A stretch of DNA of 64,000 nt from Candidatus Polarisedimenticolaceae bacterium (GTDB lineage: Bacteria; Acidobacteriota; Polarisedimenticolia; Polarisedimenticolales; DASRJG01), in assembly GCA_036376135.1 (NCBI GenBank), contig DASVAW010000167.1, positions 13,811 to 77,810 on the forward strand, given 5' to 3'. Below the pieces are notes generated by a model. The model made no database searches. It had not been told where the DNA came from and was given only the letters and a program-made list of their open reading frames with translations. Shown here in pieces: positions 55,266 through 64,000 of this stretch. Each line of letters begins with the position of its first letter. Within the stretch, counting starts at the first letter, position 1. Position numbers and translations under genes: made by a program.

Positions 55266-55341
55266 GGGGCTGTAGCTCAGCTGGGAGAGCGCAAGAGTGG
55301 CACTCTTGAGGTCGTGGGTTCGATCCCCATCAGCTCCACCA
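55266..55341 (+). tRNA. tRNA-Ala (anticodon GGC), 76 nt including CCA
   Basis: GGGGCTGTAGCTCAGCTGGGAGAGCGCAAGAGTGGCACTCTTGAGGTCGTGGGTTCGATCCCCATCAGCTCCACCA. The G3:U70 identity pair is present. Confidence 0.92.
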
Positions 55342-56361
55342 TCCGCGACGTTCTGACCACGACTCGGCTTCGTCGACGATCCTCGCCATGGCCTCGACCG
55401 CGGCGACGGGGTGCGCGCCGACCGCCGTCTCTCCGGTCAGCAGGAGCGCGGAGGCGCCGTCGAGGACGGCGTTCGCGACGTCGATCACCTCCGAGCGCGC
55501 CGGTCGATCCGACACCGTCATCGACGCGAGCAGATGCGCGGCGACGATCCCCCGTTTCCCGACGGCGCGGGCGGCGGCGAGCACCTCCTTCTGCAACCCC
55601 GGGAGCCGCTCGAGCGGGAGCTCGACGCCGAGATCCCCGCGAGCGACGAGCACGCCGTCGGCGGCGTCGAGGATCTCGGCGAGTCGATCGAGCGCCTCCG
55701 GGCGCTCGATCTTCGCGACGACGGCCATCGTGCTCCCGGCGCGCTCGAGCAGCCGTCGCGCGAGACGGACGTCCGAGGCGCCCCGCACGAACGAGACGAG
55801 CAACGCGTCGCAGCGAAGCTCCGCCGCGAGCGCGAGGTCGCGCCGGTCCTTCGCGGTGAACGCGGACTTCGCGAGCTCGGCGCCGGGAAGGTTGATCCCC
55901 TTGCGGTCGCCGACCGGTCCCCCGCGCTCCACGCGGCACCGCAGGCGCGCTCCGCGCACGGATTCGACCCGCAGGACGACGTTGCCGTCGTCGATTCGGA
56001 GCGTCGTGCCCCGGCGCGCCTGCCGGGACAGCGCCGGCCAGGGGACGGGGAGGGTTCCCGCGGGGGAGCGTTCGGTTCCGGCGATCACGTCGATCCCGGC
56101 ACCGGGCTCGAGCTCGAGTCGGCCGCCCGGCAGCGTCCCGATCCGGAATCGCGGCCCCTGCAGGTCGCCCAGGAGCGCGACCGTCCGGCCGGAGTCTCGC
56201 GCGGCGCGGCGGAAGCGGCGGACCCTTCGCCGGGCGTCCTCCGGCTCTCCGTGGGAGAAGTTGATCCGGGCCAGGTCGAGCCCCGCCCCGAGCAGTCCCG
56301 CGAGCACCGCCGGGTCGTCGCAGGCGGGGCCCAGCGTGCCTCCGAGCTTGGTGATCCGCAT
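55330..56361 (-). CDS. Pyruvate kinase-like protein lacking the C-terminal regulatory domain
   Basis: RITKLGGTLGP, ARINFSHG, GDLQGPRFR, KIERPEAL and VARGDLGVE motifs. It is only 343 aa. Its last 12 nt overlap tRNA-Ala on the opposite strand. Confidence 0.7.
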   Translation of the reverse strand: MRITKLGGTLGPACDDPAVLAGLLGAGLDLARINFSHGEPEDARRRVRRFRRAARDSGRTVALLGDLQGPRFRIGTLPGGRLELEPGAGIDVIAGTERSPAGTLPVPWPALSRQARRGTTLRIDDGNVVLRVESVRGARLRCRVERGGPVGDRKGINLPGAELAKSAFTAKDRRDLALAAELRCDALLVSFVRGASDVRLARRLLERAGSTMAVVAKIERPEALDRLAEILDAADGVLVARGDLGVELPLERLPGLQKEVLAAARAVGKRGIVAAHLLASMTVSDRPARSEVIDVANAVLDGASALLLTGETAVGAHPVAAVEAMARIVDEAESWSERRGWWS

Positions 56362-56444
56362 CGCGCAGGATCGTAGCAAGCCCGCGTGCTACAACCTCCG
56401 CCCCCGGATTCCGTATACACCCGCCTTGCTCCGTGGAGGGTTCG

Positions 56445-58208
56445 ATGAAGAAGTTCCTTTTGGTCCTGCTCGCGATCGTGGGCATCCTCTGCATCATCGC
56501 CGCCGTGGCGGTGCTCGTCGTCGGCGGGTTGTCCTCCGGGTCGGGACGCATCGGATCCAAGACCGTGCTGGAGGTCGACCTCGAGCAGGGTCTGGAGGAG
56601 GTCGTTTCGGACGACCCGATCGCGGAGGCGCTGGGCGGCCCGAGGGTGGGCGTCGTGGAGTTCCTGCACGCCCTCGAGCGCGCCGCGAAGGATGACCGCG
56701 TGGTCGGACTCGTCGCGCGCGTGGGGACCGCCCCGATGGGGCTCGCGCGCCACCAGGAGATCCGCGACGCGGTCGAGGCCTTCCGCAAGTCCGGGAAGTT
56801 CGCGGTCGCCTGGTCGGAGACGATGGGGGAGTTCGGCTCGGGGACCGGCGCCTATTACCTCGCCACCGCCTTCGACGAGATCTACCTGCAGCCTTCCGGC
56901 GACATCGGGTTCACCGGCCTCATGTACGAGACCCCGTTCATGAAGGGGGCGTTCGACAAGCTCGGCGTGGTCCCGAAGATGGATCACCGTTGGGAATACA
57001 AGAACGCGATGAACACCTACACCGAGACGAAGTTCACCCCGCCCCACCGCGAGGCGCTGGACAAGGTGATGCAGTCCCAGTTCGACCAGATCGTCCGCGG
57101 CGTCTCGAAGGCCCGCGGACTCGACGAAGCCCAGGTGAGGGCCATCGCCGACCGCGCGCCGATCCTCGGAAAAGAGGCGCTCGACGCGAAGCTCGTGGAC
57201 GGGATGCTCTACCGCGACGAGGTCTACGCGAAGGTGCGGGAGCGGGCGGGCGGGGATCCGACCTTCCTGTGGGTTCAGAAGTACTGGGAGCGCGCCGGTT
57301 CGCCGTACAAACACGGCCCCTCGATCGCGGTGATCCACGGCGTGGGCGCGGTGCAGCGCGGCAACGGCGGGTTCAGTCCGCTCACCGGATCGGCGATGGG
57401 GTCGGACACCGTCGCGGGGGCGTTCCGCGACGCGGTCAAGGACAAGGACGTCCGCGCGATCGTCTTCCGCGTGGACAGCCCCGGCGGCTCCTACGTCGCG
57501 TCGGACACGATCCTCCGGGAGGTGGTCAACGCGCGGAAGGCCGGCAAACCCGTCATCGTCACGATGGGCGACGTCGCCGGATCGGGCGGTTACTTCGTCG
57601 CGATGGAGGCGGACAAGATCGTCGCGCAGCCTGGGACCATCACCGGCTCGATCGGCGTGCTCGCCGGCAAGCTGCTCACCGACGGCTTCTGGGAGAAGAC
57701 CGGTCTCTCGTGGGACGACGTCCACACGAGCGCGAGCTCGACGATGTGGACCGGCACCTACGACTACACCCCCGAGCAGTGGGCGAAGTTCCAGGGATGG
57801 CTCGACCGCATCTACGCGGACTTCACCGGGAAGGTCGCGGAGGGGCGCAAGCTCCCGCTCGAGAAGGTGCAGCAGATCGCGAAGGGGCGGATCTGGAGCG
57901 GTGAAGACGCCAAGGAGATCGGTCTGGTCGACGAGATCGGCGGATTCCCCGTCGCGCTGACGCTCGCGAAGCAGGCCGCGAAGATCGACGCGGACGCGCC
58001 GGTGACGCTCCGGACCTTCCCGAGGAAGAAGACCCTTTTCGAGAAGCTCACCGACAAGGGTTCGGACTCCAGCGAGCCCGACGCCGCGACCGTGATGATG
58101 GGCGAGCTGATCCGGATCGCCCGTCCCGTGGCCGTGCTCGCCGAGCAGGCGGGACTGCTCGAGCCGGCGGGCGCGCTGTCGATGCCTCCGGTTCGGGCGG
58201 GACGTTGA
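56445..58208 (+). CDS. sppA: Signal peptide peptidase SppA (67K type, duplicated S49 domains)
   Basis: An N-terminal TM helix, RVDSPGGSYVASD and MGDVAGSGGYFVAM (catalytic Ser context). A GGAGGG Shine-Dalgarno site lies 4 nt upstream of the ATG. Confidence 0.85.
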   Translation: MKKFLLVLLAIVGILCIIAAVAVLVVGGLSSGSGRIGSKTVLEVDLEQGLEEVVSDDPIAEALGGPRVGVVEFLHALERAAKDDRVVGLVARVGTAPMGLARHQEIRDAVEAFRKSGKFAVAWSETMGEFGSGTGAYYLATAFDEIYLQPSGDIGFTGLMYETPFMKGAFDKLGVVPKMDHRWEYKNAMNTYTETKFTPPHREALDKVMQSQFDQIVRGVSKARGLDEAQVRAIADRAPILGKEALDAKLVDGMLYRDEVYAKVRERAGGDPTFLWVQKYWERAGSPYKHGPSIAVIHGVGAVQRGNGGFSPLTGSAMGSDTVAGAFRDAVKDKDVRAIVFRVDSPGGSYVASDTILREVVNARKAGKPVIVTMGDVAGSGGYFVAMEADKIVAQPGTITGSIGVLAGKLLTDGFWEKTGLSWDDVHTSASSTMWTGTYDYTPEQWAKFQGWLDRIYADFTGKVAEGRKLPLEKVQQIAKGRIWSGEDAKEIGLVDEIGGFPVALTLAKQAAKIDADAPVTLRTFPRKKTLFEKLTDKGSDSSEPDAATVMMGELIRIARPVAVLAEQAGLLEPAGALSMPPVRAGR

Positions 58209-58499
58209 TGGAGGAATTCGGTCGCGGAGAGTGCCCCGAGCGTCCCTCGCGGCCCTGCGATCCGCACGAGGTCGAAAAAGCCCCTGCACGTCGCGCTCTC
58301 GCCGCGTAACGTTCAGTTACTCGGTCTCCGGTTCGCGTCCCTCGGCCGGAGATGTCGGAGGGTGCGTCGACGGTTCCGGCGAGAGCCCCCCCCTCGCGGG
58401 ACCGGTGGCGCCCGCCGGCGAGGCCGGGGCCCGAGGGGGCTCCGGCCCGCCCGGCGTTTTGGCGGGGCGCGCGGCACCGCATGGTATCGTCGCCGCGCC

Positions 58500-59333
58500 A
58501 TGGCCGATCCGGCGCCGTTCTCGGTCGCGATCATCACGCTCAACGAGGAACGCAATCTGGGTCGCTGCCTGCGCAGCGTCGCCTTCGCGGCGGACGTCGT
58601 CGTTCTCGACTCCGGTTCGACCGACCGCACCCGCGAGCTCGCCCGCGACCTGGGCGCGCGCGTGATCGAGGAGCCGTGGCGGGGTTTCGCCGCCCAGAAG
58701 AACCGCGCGGCCGCCCTCGGCCGCTACCCGTGGGTCCTCAGTCTGGACGCCGACGAATGGCTGGCGGAGGGATCGGAGCGCGAGATCCGCGAGGCCCTCG
58801 CCGCGCCGCGCGCCGACGCGTACGCGTTCGACCGCGTCTCCTCCTTCTCCGGCGGGTTCGTCCGGCGCACGTGGGGGAAGGACCGGCACCTTCGCCTGTA
58901 CCGGAAGGACCGTGCACGCTTCGAAGGGGCGCACGTGCACGAGTCGCTCCGACTCGACGCCGGGAGCGCGACCGCGCGCCTGGCGTCGCCCCTCTATCAC
59001 CTGAGCTACCGTTCGATCTCCGACTACGTCGATCGCATGAACCGATACACGACCCTGGCGGCGCGCGCGCTCGAGGAGCGCGGGACGCGGTTCTCCGCAG
59101 GGCGCGTGGTCGTTTCGCCCGCGGCGGCGTTCGCGAAGCACTACCTGCTCAAGGGAGGCTGGCGCGACGGGATGCGCGGCTTCGTGGTGAGCGCGGGCTC
59201 GGCGTTCTACGTCCTGCTCAAGTACGCGAAGTTGTGGGAGGCGACGCGGGAGGTCGACCGGGAGTTCCGGGGCCTGGTGCCCCCGACTCCCGAGGACCCC
59301 GAGCCCGACGCCACGTCGCCTCAGTCCCGGTAG
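58500..59333 (+). CDS. Family 2 glycosyltransferase
   Basis: FSVAIITLNEERNLGRCLRSV...VVVLDSGSTDRT...LSLDADE is the GT-A DxD pattern. Confidence 0.8.
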   Translation: MADPAPFSVAIITLNEERNLGRCLRSVAFAADVVVLDSGSTDRTRELARDLGARVIEEPWRGFAAQKNRAAALGRYPWVLSLDADEWLAEGSEREIREALAAPRADAYAFDRVSSFSGGFVRRTWGKDRHLRLYRKDRARFEGAHVHESLRLDAGSATARLASPLYHLSYRSISDYVDRMNRYTTLAARALEERGTRFSAGRVVVSPAAAFAKHYLLKGGWRDGMRGFVVSAGSAFYVLLKYAKLWEATREVDREFRGLVPPTPEDPEPDATSPQSR

Positions 59334-60520
59334 ATCAGGAAGCGGCGGCGCGTCGTCTCGAAACGGGCGAGCTCGTCCCGCCAGCTCGCCTCGAGGTCGG
59401 GAACGCTCGCTCCCGATTCGATCCCGTCCCGAAGTCCGGTCTTGCCGAGCAGCAGGTCGATCGCGAGCCGGTCCGCGACGAACTCGTACACCTCGCGCCG
59501 CCAGTCGAACGCGCCGGGGTCCTGGCGGCGCGCCTCGCGCAGCACGGCCAGGTACGTGGCGAACGGCCGGAACACCTCGCGGTCGGTGACGTGGACCTGC
59601 ACGCCGCCGCACGACCTGCGGGCGTGTTTCTGGAACATCGGACGGAAGTGGGCGGCGCGGAACCGGCAGCCGGGGAGCCCTTCGCGCCGCGCGGCGTCGT
59701 CGAGGGCGTGGGCGAGCCCGGAGGGCTCCAGCCACGGCGCACCGACGAGCTCGAAGGGGCGCGTGGTCCCGCGCGCCTCGGAGAGATTCGTCCCTTCGAC
59801 GAGGCAGCCCCCCGGGTAGACGAGCGCGGTCTCGGGGGTCGGCATGTTCGGCGAGGGGAGCACCCACGGGAGTCCGGTGTCCGCGGCGTGCATCCTCCTC
59901 CGCCAGCCGTCCATCGGAACGACCCGGAGGTCGCACGCGACCCCGAACGCGTCGTGGAACAGACGCGCGAGCTCTCCGGTCGTCATGCCGTGCCGGACGG
60001 GGATCGGGTAGCGACCGACGAAGCTCGACCATTCGGGATCGAGGACCGGTCCCTCGACCGCGATCCCCCCGATCGGATTGGGGCGGTCGAGCACGAGGAC
60101 CGGGATCCCCGCCTCGCGCGCGGCCTCCATCACGAACGAGAGGGTGTACACGAAGGTGTAGTAGCGACTCCCGACGTCCTGCAGGTCGTAGACGATCGCG
60201 TCGAGCCCGTCGAGGTGCGACGGGGCGGGCCGCAGCGAAGCCTCGTCGGCGCCGTAGAGGCTGATCACGGGAAGGCCGAGCGTCGGGTCGGCCGGCTCCG
60301 CCACGCGCTCCATGTCCTGCGCCTCGCCGCGGACGCCGTGTTCGGGGGCGAACAGGCGCACGAGGCGGAATCGACCGTCCCGGGCGAGCCGGTCCGCGGC
60401 GTGCACGAGCCGACCGTCGACCGAGGCCGGGTGGGCGACGAGGGCGATGCGCGCGCCGCGCGGGAGAAGGTCCGCCGCGGGATCGAGGAAGACGTCGAGT
60501 CCGGACCGAACGGGGCTCAC
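59321..60520 (-). CDS. DUF1343 family protein (NamZ-like exo-beta-N-acetylmuramidase family)
   Basis: ALVAHPASV...LFAPEHGVRGE...AIVYDLQDVGSRYYTFVYTL...VLDRPNPIGG is characteristic of DUF1343. It has a GTGA overlap with the upstream gene. Confidence 0.8.
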   Translation of the reverse strand: MSPVRSGLDVFLDPAADLLPRGARIALVAHPASVDGRLVHAADRLARDGRFRLVRLFAPEHGVRGEAQDMERVAEPADPTLGLPVISLYGADEASLRPAPSHLDGLDAIVYDLQDVGSRYYTFVYTLSFVMEAAREAGIPVLVLDRPNPIGGIAVEGPVLDPEWSSFVGRYPIPVRHGMTTGELARLFHDAFGVACDLRVVPMDGWRRRMHAADTGLPWVLPSPNMPTPETALVYPGGCLVEGTNLSEARGTTRPFELVGAPWLEPSGLAHALDDAARREGLPGCRFRAAHFRPMFQKHARRSCGGVQVHVTDREVFRPFATYLAVLREARRQDPGAFDWRREVYEFVADRLAIDLLLGKTGLRDGIESGASVPDLEASWRDELARFETTRRRFLIYRD

Positions 60521-61968
60521 GGGATCTCCTCCGGGGCCGCGGAGTCTACCAACGTCGCCGCCTCGCCGCGTCGTCCGGGGACGAGGGTGAGCAGGCTCAC
60601 GTCGGGCGGGACGTTCCACCGCGCGGGAACGATCGAGGTCCCGACGCCGGCGGTGATGAACAGGCGCGTCCCGTCGACGTCGAAGAGTCCGCGGGCGCGG
60701 GTGCGCCCCAGGCGCGTGTCGGTCGTGAGCGGGCCGAGGCCGGGGAGGAGGATCTGGCCGCCGTGGGTGTGCCCCGCGATCGCGAGGTCGGGGCGGGGAA
60801 GCGCCGCCTCCGACAGGACGAGCGCGACGTCGGGATGGTGGGCGAGGATCACCCTCGTGGGGGCCGACGGCGGGGACCACGCCCAGGCGGCGAGCTTCGA
60901 GGCCATGCGCCATCGCGCGCGGAACCCGGCGAGGTCGTCGAGCGGCTCGGTCGCGGCGTCGCCCTTCGCGTCGACGATCCGGAGCGCGGACAGCCCCGCG
61001 AGTCCCGCCCTCACCCGGAACGTCAGCGGCACGCCCGCGGGGCGCGCCGGGTCGGCGTCGACGGCGTCGATCGGCCAGGACGACGGCTCCGGGTCACCCT
61101 CCACCCAGAAGCGCGCCCGCACGGCGGCCCGGTCGGGGGCGCGGTCGACCCGGACCCGGGCGCGGCACCAACTCCCGAGCGGAGGGGCGAACGCGCTCGA
61201 CGTGGAGCCCGGCAGGGGGGCCGACGCCCGAAAGGCGCGCTGCAGCGCGAACGCGCGCCGCCCGGGACGCGAGCGGATCCGCCAGGCGTCGAAGGCGCGC
61301 AACTCGAACGAGGTGGAGGTCTCGTCGACGCGGAAGGCGAAGATCGCTTCGAATCCGGAGGCGAGGTCGGGTGTCCCGGCCCAGGAGAGGACCGAATGCT
61401 CCGACCGGCCGCGGGTCCGCGCGAACGCGCGCGCGCCCTCCCGTGCGAGCCCCCACGGCGCGGCGTCCACCTTGGGATCGGCGACGAAGACCTCGACGCC
61501 CTCGCCGTGCACGTCGTAGTTCCGGGTCTCGTTGGCGAGGATCTCCGCCCGCCCCGACCACGCCGCGGCGAGCCGCTCCCGCACGGGAGACTCCGCCTCC
61601 CCCGGGGCGACGAGGACCGGGATCCCCGGCGCGACGGAGGCCAGCCAGTCCGCCGCGGCGCGCGCCGTCGCGTCGTCCCGTGCCGTCGCGCCTCGATCGA
61701 GCACGTCGCCGGGGACGAGCACGAGGTGCGGTCGGAACCCCGCCGCGATCGCGGGAATGCGGCGCCAGTTGAACGCGGAACGCGGCCAGTCCACGTCGCT
61801 GAAGACGAGCAGGCGCACCTCGCCCGTGCGCAGGCCCTCGGAAGGGACGCTCGCCCGCACCACGCGCAGGTCGCGCGGGTCTCGGCGGAGCCCCTTCCAG
61901 CCCGCCGCGCCGGCGGCGACCCCCACGGCCGCCCAGGCGGCGCGTCCCAGGAAAACGCGACGTCGCAC
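60517..61968 (-). CDS. Tat-signal metallophosphoesterase with a large internal insertion
   Basis: The twin-arginine leader is MRRRVFLGRAAWAAVGVAAGA. Phosphoesterase motifs are LLVFSDVDW, VPGDVLD and IAGHTHGGQ, separated by about 200 aa of unassigned sequence. Confidence 0.7.
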   Translation of the reverse strand: MRRRVFLGRAAWAAVGVAAGAAGWKGLRRDPRDLRVVRASVPSEGLRTGEVRLLVFSDVDWPRSAFNWRRIPAIAAGFRPHLVLVPGDVLDRGATARDDATARAAADWLASVAPGIPVLVAPGEAESPVRERLAAAWSGRAEILANETRNYDVHGEGVEVFVADPKVDAAPWGLAREGARAFARTRGRSEHSVLSWAGTPDLASGFEAIFAFRVDETSTSFELRAFDAWRIRSRPGRRAFALQRAFRASAPLPGSTSSAFAPPLGSWCRARVRVDRAPDRAAVRARFWVEGDPEPSSWPIDAVDADPARPAGVPLTFRVRAGLAGLSALRIVDAKGDAATEPLDDLAGFRARWRMASKLAAWAWSPPSAPTRVILAHHPDVALVLSEAALPRPDLAIAGHTHGGQILLPGLGPLTTDTRLGRTRARGLFDVDGTRLFITAGVGTSIVPARWNVPPDVSLLTLVPGRRGEAATLVDSAAPEEIP

Positions 61969-62007
61969 CCGGGAAGGCTATCAGGGCACACGCGGTAGGA
62001 TGCGCGG

Positions 62008-62568
62008 ATGAACTACTTCTGCGTGGACATCGAGGCGTCGGGACCGGTCCCGCCGCTCTTCAACATGTTGTCGCTGGGGGCCACGGTCGTGCGCCCGGAG
62101 GGGGACCGGCACGCCGTCGGCGAGACCCTTTATCTCGAGCTCAAGCCGATCTTCCCCGGATTCGACGCCGACGCCATGCGCGTGTGCGGCCTGGACGCCG
62201 AGCGGCTTCGCCGCGAGGGCATGGAGCCGAAACTCGCGTTGGAACGACTGGCGCGCTGGGTCCAGGAGCATAACGCCGGCTCCGCCGATCGGCCCTGCTT
62301 CGTCGGCCACAACGCCGTGTTCGACTGGTCCCACGTCGCCTACTACTACGCGCACTTCGGCATGCCCAACCCGTTCGGCTACAAGGGGCTCGACACGAAA
62401 AGCCTCGCGATGGGGGTCTTGCGCGTCCCGTGGAACGAGACCTCCAAGGAGAACCTGGAGCGCGTGCTCCAGCTCCCGCCCCAGGATCCCGCGCAGATCC
62501 ACCGGGCCGACTACGACGCGCACTACCAGGCGCTCATCCTCCAGGCGCTTCTCGACCGCAAGCCTTGA
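62008..62568 (+). CDS. DEDDh-type 3'-5' exonuclease domain protein
   Basis: CVDIEASG (DxE), GHNAVFDWSHV and HRADYDA motifs. Confidence 0.7.
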   Translation: MNYFCVDIEASGPVPPLFNMLSLGATVVRPEGDRHAVGETLYLELKPIFPGFDADAMRVCGLDAERLRREGMEPKLALERLARWVQEHNAGSADRPCFVGHNAVFDWSHVAYYYAHFGMPNPFGYKGLDTKSLAMGVLRVPWNETSKENLERVLQLPPQDPAQIHRADYDAHYQALILQALLDRKP

Positions 62569-62606
62569 CGGGCGGAAGGCCGGGGCGCTAGCCTTCCGGG
62601 TCCTTT

Positions 62607-63128
62607 ATGGACGTTTTCCTCCCCACCCGCCTCGACCTCCACCCCGAGAGCTTCGTCGCGCCCGGCGCGACCGTCGTCGGGGACGTCGCGCTCGGCCCGA
62701 ACAGCTCGGTCTGGTACGGCTGCGTGCTCCGCGGCGACCTCGAGCCGATCCGCGTCGGCGCGCGCACCAACATCCAGGACCTCACGCTCGTGCACGTCGA
62801 CCGCGGCCTTTCGACCACGATCGGCGCGAACGTCACGATCGGACACCGCTGCGTGATCCACGGGTGCACGATCGGGGACGACGCCACGATCGGCATGGGC
62901 GCGGTCCTGCTGAGCGGGTGCCGGATCGGCCGCGGCGCGCTCGTCGCGGCCGGAGCGGTCGTGCGCGAGGGCTTCGAGGTCCCGGCCGGCGCGATCGCCG
63001 CGGGCGTTCCGGCGGTTCTGCGCGGGGAGGTGACCGACGCGCTCCGGCAGCGCTTCGCCCTCGGCGTCGAAGGTTACGTGGCCCTCGCGGGCGAGTACCG
63101 GGCCGGGCGGCTGGGAGGATCGCGATGA
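62607..63128 (+). CDS. Gamma-carbonic anhydrase family (left-handed beta-helix, YrdA/PaaY-like) protein
   Basis: VAPGATVVGDVALGPNSSVWYGCVLRGD...IGARTNIQDLTLVH...IGHRCVIHGCTIGD shows the hexapeptide repeats. Confidence 0.85.
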   Translation: MDVFLPTRLDLHPESFVAPGATVVGDVALGPNSSVWYGCVLRGDLEPIRVGARTNIQDLTLVHVDRGLSTTIGANVTIGHRCVIHGCTIGDDATIGMGAVLLSGCRIGRGALVAAGAVVREGFEVPAGAIAAGVPAVLRGEVTDALRQRFALGVEGYVALAGEYRAGRLGGSR

Positions 63129-64000
63129 TCGCGGCGGAGGGACACGAGACGTTCGCGAAGGTCGTCGACCGGGCCCGCTCGATCGCGATCGTCACGCACG
63201 TGAACCCCGACGGCGACGCCATCGGCTCGGAGGTGGGGATCGCCCGGTACCTCCTCGCCGTCGGCAAGCACGTCCGCGTGATCAACCAGGACGCCACTCC
63301 CGAGACGCTGCGTTTTCTCGAGGAGAAGGGGCCGGCCGCCGAGCCCTACGATCCGGCGACCCACGATCCGGTCTTCGAGTCGGTCGACCTCGTCCTGCTC
63401 GTGGACAACTCGGCCCCCGATCGCCTCGGGCGGGTCGAGCCGGTCGCGATGCGGCACGCCGACAAGGCCCTCTGCATCGACCACCACCCGACGAAGGGGA
63501 CCCCCTGGCGATTCAACGTCCTCGAGGACCGCGCGAGCGCGACGTGCGCGATGATCTACGAGCTGATCCACGCGCGCGGCTATGTCCCCGACCGCGCGTG
63601 CGCGCAGGCGCTGTACGCCGGCATCGCGACCGACACCGGCTTCTTCCGATTCAACTCGACGAGGGCGGAGACCCACGAGATCGCCGCCGCGCTCCTCCGC
63701 CTGGGAGCGGAGCCGGTCCGCTGCTACGCCGAGGTCTACGAGCGCAACGCGCCGGAGTACACGCGCCTGCTCGGCCACGCCCTCGCGTCGCTTCGCCTGC
63801 AGGCGGGGGGGAAGCTCGCCTCGGTGCGCATTCCGCTCGCGACGCTCAGGGAGTGCAACGCGGAGCACGTCGACACCTCGGAGATCACGACCCCGCTCCT
63901 CGCGACCGACGGCGTCCGCGTCGTCGTCCTCTTCAAGGAGATGGACGGCGGGCGCGTGAAGGTGTCGCTGCGCTCGAAGGGGGAGCTCGACGTGCACGCC
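63125..64000 (+). CDS. DHH/DHHA1 family phosphoesterase (NrnA-like), 3' end outside the window
   Basis: I translated this by hand; it is not in the ORF track because no stop falls inside the window. Motifs are IAIVTHVNPDGDAIGS, LLVDNS, IDHHP and GIATDTGFFRF. It has an ATGA overlap with the upstream gene. Confidence 0.8.
   Translation, partial: MIAAEGHETFAKVVDRARSIAIVTHVNPDGDAIGSEVGIARYLLAVGKHVRVINQDATPETLRFLEEKGPAAEPYDPATHDPVFESVDLVLLVDNSAPDRLGRVEPVAMRHADKALCIDHHPTKGTPWRFNVLEDRASATCAMIYELIHARGYVPDRACAQALYAGIATDTGFFRFNSTRAETHEIAAALLRLGAEPVRCYAEVYERNAPEYTRLLGHALASLRLQAGGKLASVRIPLATLRECNAEHVDTSEITTPLLATDGVRVVVLFKEMDGGRVKVSLRSKGELDVHA

Overview
This is a very GC-rich, densely packed bacterial chromosomal segment. 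Third codon positions are almost always G or C, so every real gene casts long Arg/Pro/Gly-rich shadow ORFs in other frames. I chose coding frames by recognisable protein motifs, signal peptides, Shine-Dalgarno sites and the very frequent ATGA/GTGA stop-start overlaps. I support about 65 CDS and 3 tRNAs: Leu-GAG, Ala-GGC and a selenocysteine tRNA (selC). I saw no transposase, integrase, CRISPR array or rRNA.

Housekeeping content: ddl (partial), queE-queC, HU, a class A PBP, secG-tpiA-pgk, tatA, selB, nuoM, an F0-only ATP synthase block (atpI/Z-B-E-F), aroB, a short pyruvate kinase, sppA and nrnA (partial).

The rest is dominated by signal transduction:
- two bacterial enhancer-binding proteins (one with an FHA domain)
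- two Hanks-type Ser/Thr kinases
- a hybrid histidine kinase
- a GGDEF-EAL operon
- an ECF sigma/anti-sigma pair and a non-ECF sigma-70 family factor

The most unusual locus is a tightly coupled seven-gene operon at 44382-50095. It combines a GAF-PP2C phosphatase, a CheY-like receiver and a 62-aa ORF. Next comes a single 691-aa protein that fuses an MglA-type small GTPase to a GAF-histidine kinase, followed by an RsbW-like ATPase, a PAS-DHp protein with no catalytic domain, and a STAS antagonist. A sigma-54-type -24/-12 motif precedes the operon.

Other points worth a second look:
- an S8 protease ending in 22 Trp-containing hexapeptide repeats encoded by a 36-bp tandem DNA repeat
- an FHA-bEBP with a degenerate GAFTGA loop, coupled to a tail-anchored kinase and flanked by two tRNAs
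- an STK-TPR/NHL-PEGA/PDZ envelope operon
- twin GTCTCA-N3-TGAGAC palindromes upstream of a ribbon-helix-helix protein

All family assignments come from motif recognition by eye. No database search was possible.
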